Source: Trypanosoma brucei
Taxonomy: Eukaryota
DNA length: 64,000 nucleotides
NCBI GenBank assembly: GCA_000002445.1
Contig: CH464491.1
Span: 3,488,001-3,552,000 of the forward strand
Reading direction: 5' to 3'
Shown here: piece after piece, positions 63,081 to 64,000 of the stretch
How the letters are laid out: each line of letters begins with the position of its first letter
How positions within the stretch are numbered: position 1 is the first letter of the stretch
Made by a program: the position numbers and the translations under genes
Notes under the pieces: generated by a model
The model's input: the letters and a program-made list of their open reading frames with translations, nothing else
Told to the model about the DNA's origin: nothing
Database searches by the model: none

Positions 63081-64000
63081 CTACGCACGACCGACGGGGA
63101 TGTCGCGAATCGCCAACTCGACGGCGGTTTCTTCCCCCTCCACTGCCCTGCGCATGCGCTCAAGGACACTCTTCTTCTCCAGCACCTTGCGTTCCTCGTC
63201 TTCCACATACTGCATGGAGCGGTTAACGAACCGGTCACGCTCTTCAACGGATTTGACACCGTGTACCTGCAGCGGGTGTACGAACGGTGTTGCCGCTCGC
63301 TCGTACTTCTCCAAGATGGCTTTTTCGACACTGAGGAACAGCTGCTCACCAGCGTCTTGTGTTGCATTGAGGGCATTAATGACGCCTGTCACTCCCTTCA
63401 TCTGCTCTATGAGCTCCTCCAGCTCGGCGCGGTAATTATTCATGTTGGGGTCAAGGCTTTCCATCGAAGAGTTGCGGTTATGCTCGACAAGTCGTGACTG
63501 CCGCGACAGCGTGTCGTGGCGATGCATTTTCTTAACCGTCAGCTCGCCACAACATTCCACGAACGGATCGTAAGCCTCCATGAAGCCTTCCGCCTCTGTA
63601 TCGTTAACTTCGTTCCTCGCGTCGCGCAGTTTCTGCCACGGCAGCCGCTTAACCATCTCACCAACGTACGACTTGATCCCGGGCACAACCGACAATACCC
63701 GCTCGCAGTACTCGAGACATTTGAGAAGCCGCTGCTTCTGCTGAGTCCCCATATTGGCGAACTCGTTGTACGTCGTTATACGCCTCTCCTCTTCTTTCTT
63801 TGCCTTGATTTGTTCATCAACAATTTCCCTCTGTTTGGCTGTCAGTTGCACCAGCTCTGCAGCCTTCCGCTGTATTTCTTCTACCAACTTTTGCTTGGCC
63901 GAGATAACGGCGTAGAGGTTATCCTTCATTTCCCTTTCCTTCACCTTATATTCCTCCAAGCACTTTTCGTGTGTGGCGCCCTCTTGGAGAAGTTTGTCGG
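63081..64000 (-). CDS. Hypothetical coiled-coil protein, 5'-partial (the reading frame stays open to the window edge)
   Basis: The ORF track starts at 63959, but that codon is TTG (Leu). The minus-strand frame remains open through 64000 ('...DKLLQEGATHEKCLEEYKVKEREMKDN...'), so the gene continues outside the window. The Glu/Lys/Leu-rich heptad character ('KQKLVEEIQRKAAELVQLTAKQREIVDEQIKAKKEEERR') indicates a coiled coil. Confidence 0.6.
   Translation of the reverse strand, partial: DKLLQEGATHEKCLEEYKVKEREMKDNLYAVISAKQKLVEEIQRKAAELVQLTAKQREIVDEQIKAKKEEERRITTYNEFANMGTQQKQRLLKCLEYCERVLSVVPGIKSYVGEMVKRLPWQKLRDARNEVNDTEAEGFMEAYDPFVECCGELTVKKMHRHDTLSRQSRLVEHNRNSSMESLDPNMNNYRAELEELIEQMKGVTGVINALNATQDAGEQLFLSVEKAILEKYERAATPFVHPLQVHGVKSVEERDRFVNRSMQYVEDEERKVLEKKSVLERMRRAVEGEETAVELAIRDIPVGRA

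Noticed and set aside
1-64000. Search for CRISPR arrays, toxin-antitoxin or phage-defence operons, integrases, IS elements
   Set aside because: None seen. The sequence is eukaryotic (kinetoplastid-type gene organisation). Repeats present are short microsatellites, not spaced direct repeats. There are no terminal inverted repeats or transposase/integrase-like ORFs, and no ingi/RIME/SLACS-like retroelement signatures that I can recognise by eye.

Overview
Organism and layout. This window looks like a nuclear chromosomal segment from a kinetoplastid, most likely a Trypanosoma species. The evidence is about 50% GC in coding regions, AT-, pyrimidine- and purine-rich intergenic tracts full of (TA)n, (CA)n and (CT)n microsatellites, no introns, and the intronless paralogue families typical of trypanosomatids. 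All 27 credible protein-coding genes lie on the minus strand and are separated by 0.3-3.3 kb spacers, which is the signature of a single directional polycistronic transcription unit (PTU) transcribed right to left with no strand-switch region. Every sizeable plus-strand ORF overlaps a better-supported minus-strand gene and is treated as an antisense artefact.

Products I can recognise from motifs, without any database search:
- eIF2 gamma
- RNA polymerase III subunit RPC25-like
- a VAP-like protein (MSP domain plus C-terminal membrane anchor)
- Tim17-family translocase
- IFT25
- a mitochondrial carrier
- a Kelch-repeat protein
- two PPPDE/DeSI-type putative deSUMOylating peptidases
- two SKP1-like proteins, one carrying a roughly 600-aa Ser/Asp/Glu-rich insertion
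- a tandem-AAA ATPase (1281 aa)
- a 2033-aa Upf1/Sen1-like SF1 helicase
- a tandem-bromodomain protein
- a BTB/T1 plus CCHC zinc-knuckle protein
- a PTP-like protein with an unusual P-loop
- several hypothetical and coiled-coil proteins
The rightmost gene runs off the window edge (5' partial).

Nothing prokaryotic is present: no CRISPR array, operon or mobile defence island. I found no rRNA, tRNA or SL-RNA gene, and no convincing transposon.

The most interesting observations are the divergent paralogue pairs (SKP1-like and PPPDE), a possible SUMO-related neighbourhood, degenerate catalytic motifs in the AAA and PTP-like proteins, and a 3.3-kb repeat-rich ORF-free gap.

Limits. Start codons are uncertain throughout, because the first ATG of an ORF often lies in low-complexity upstream sequence. 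All product calls come from motif recognition alone and need HMM or BLAST confirmation.
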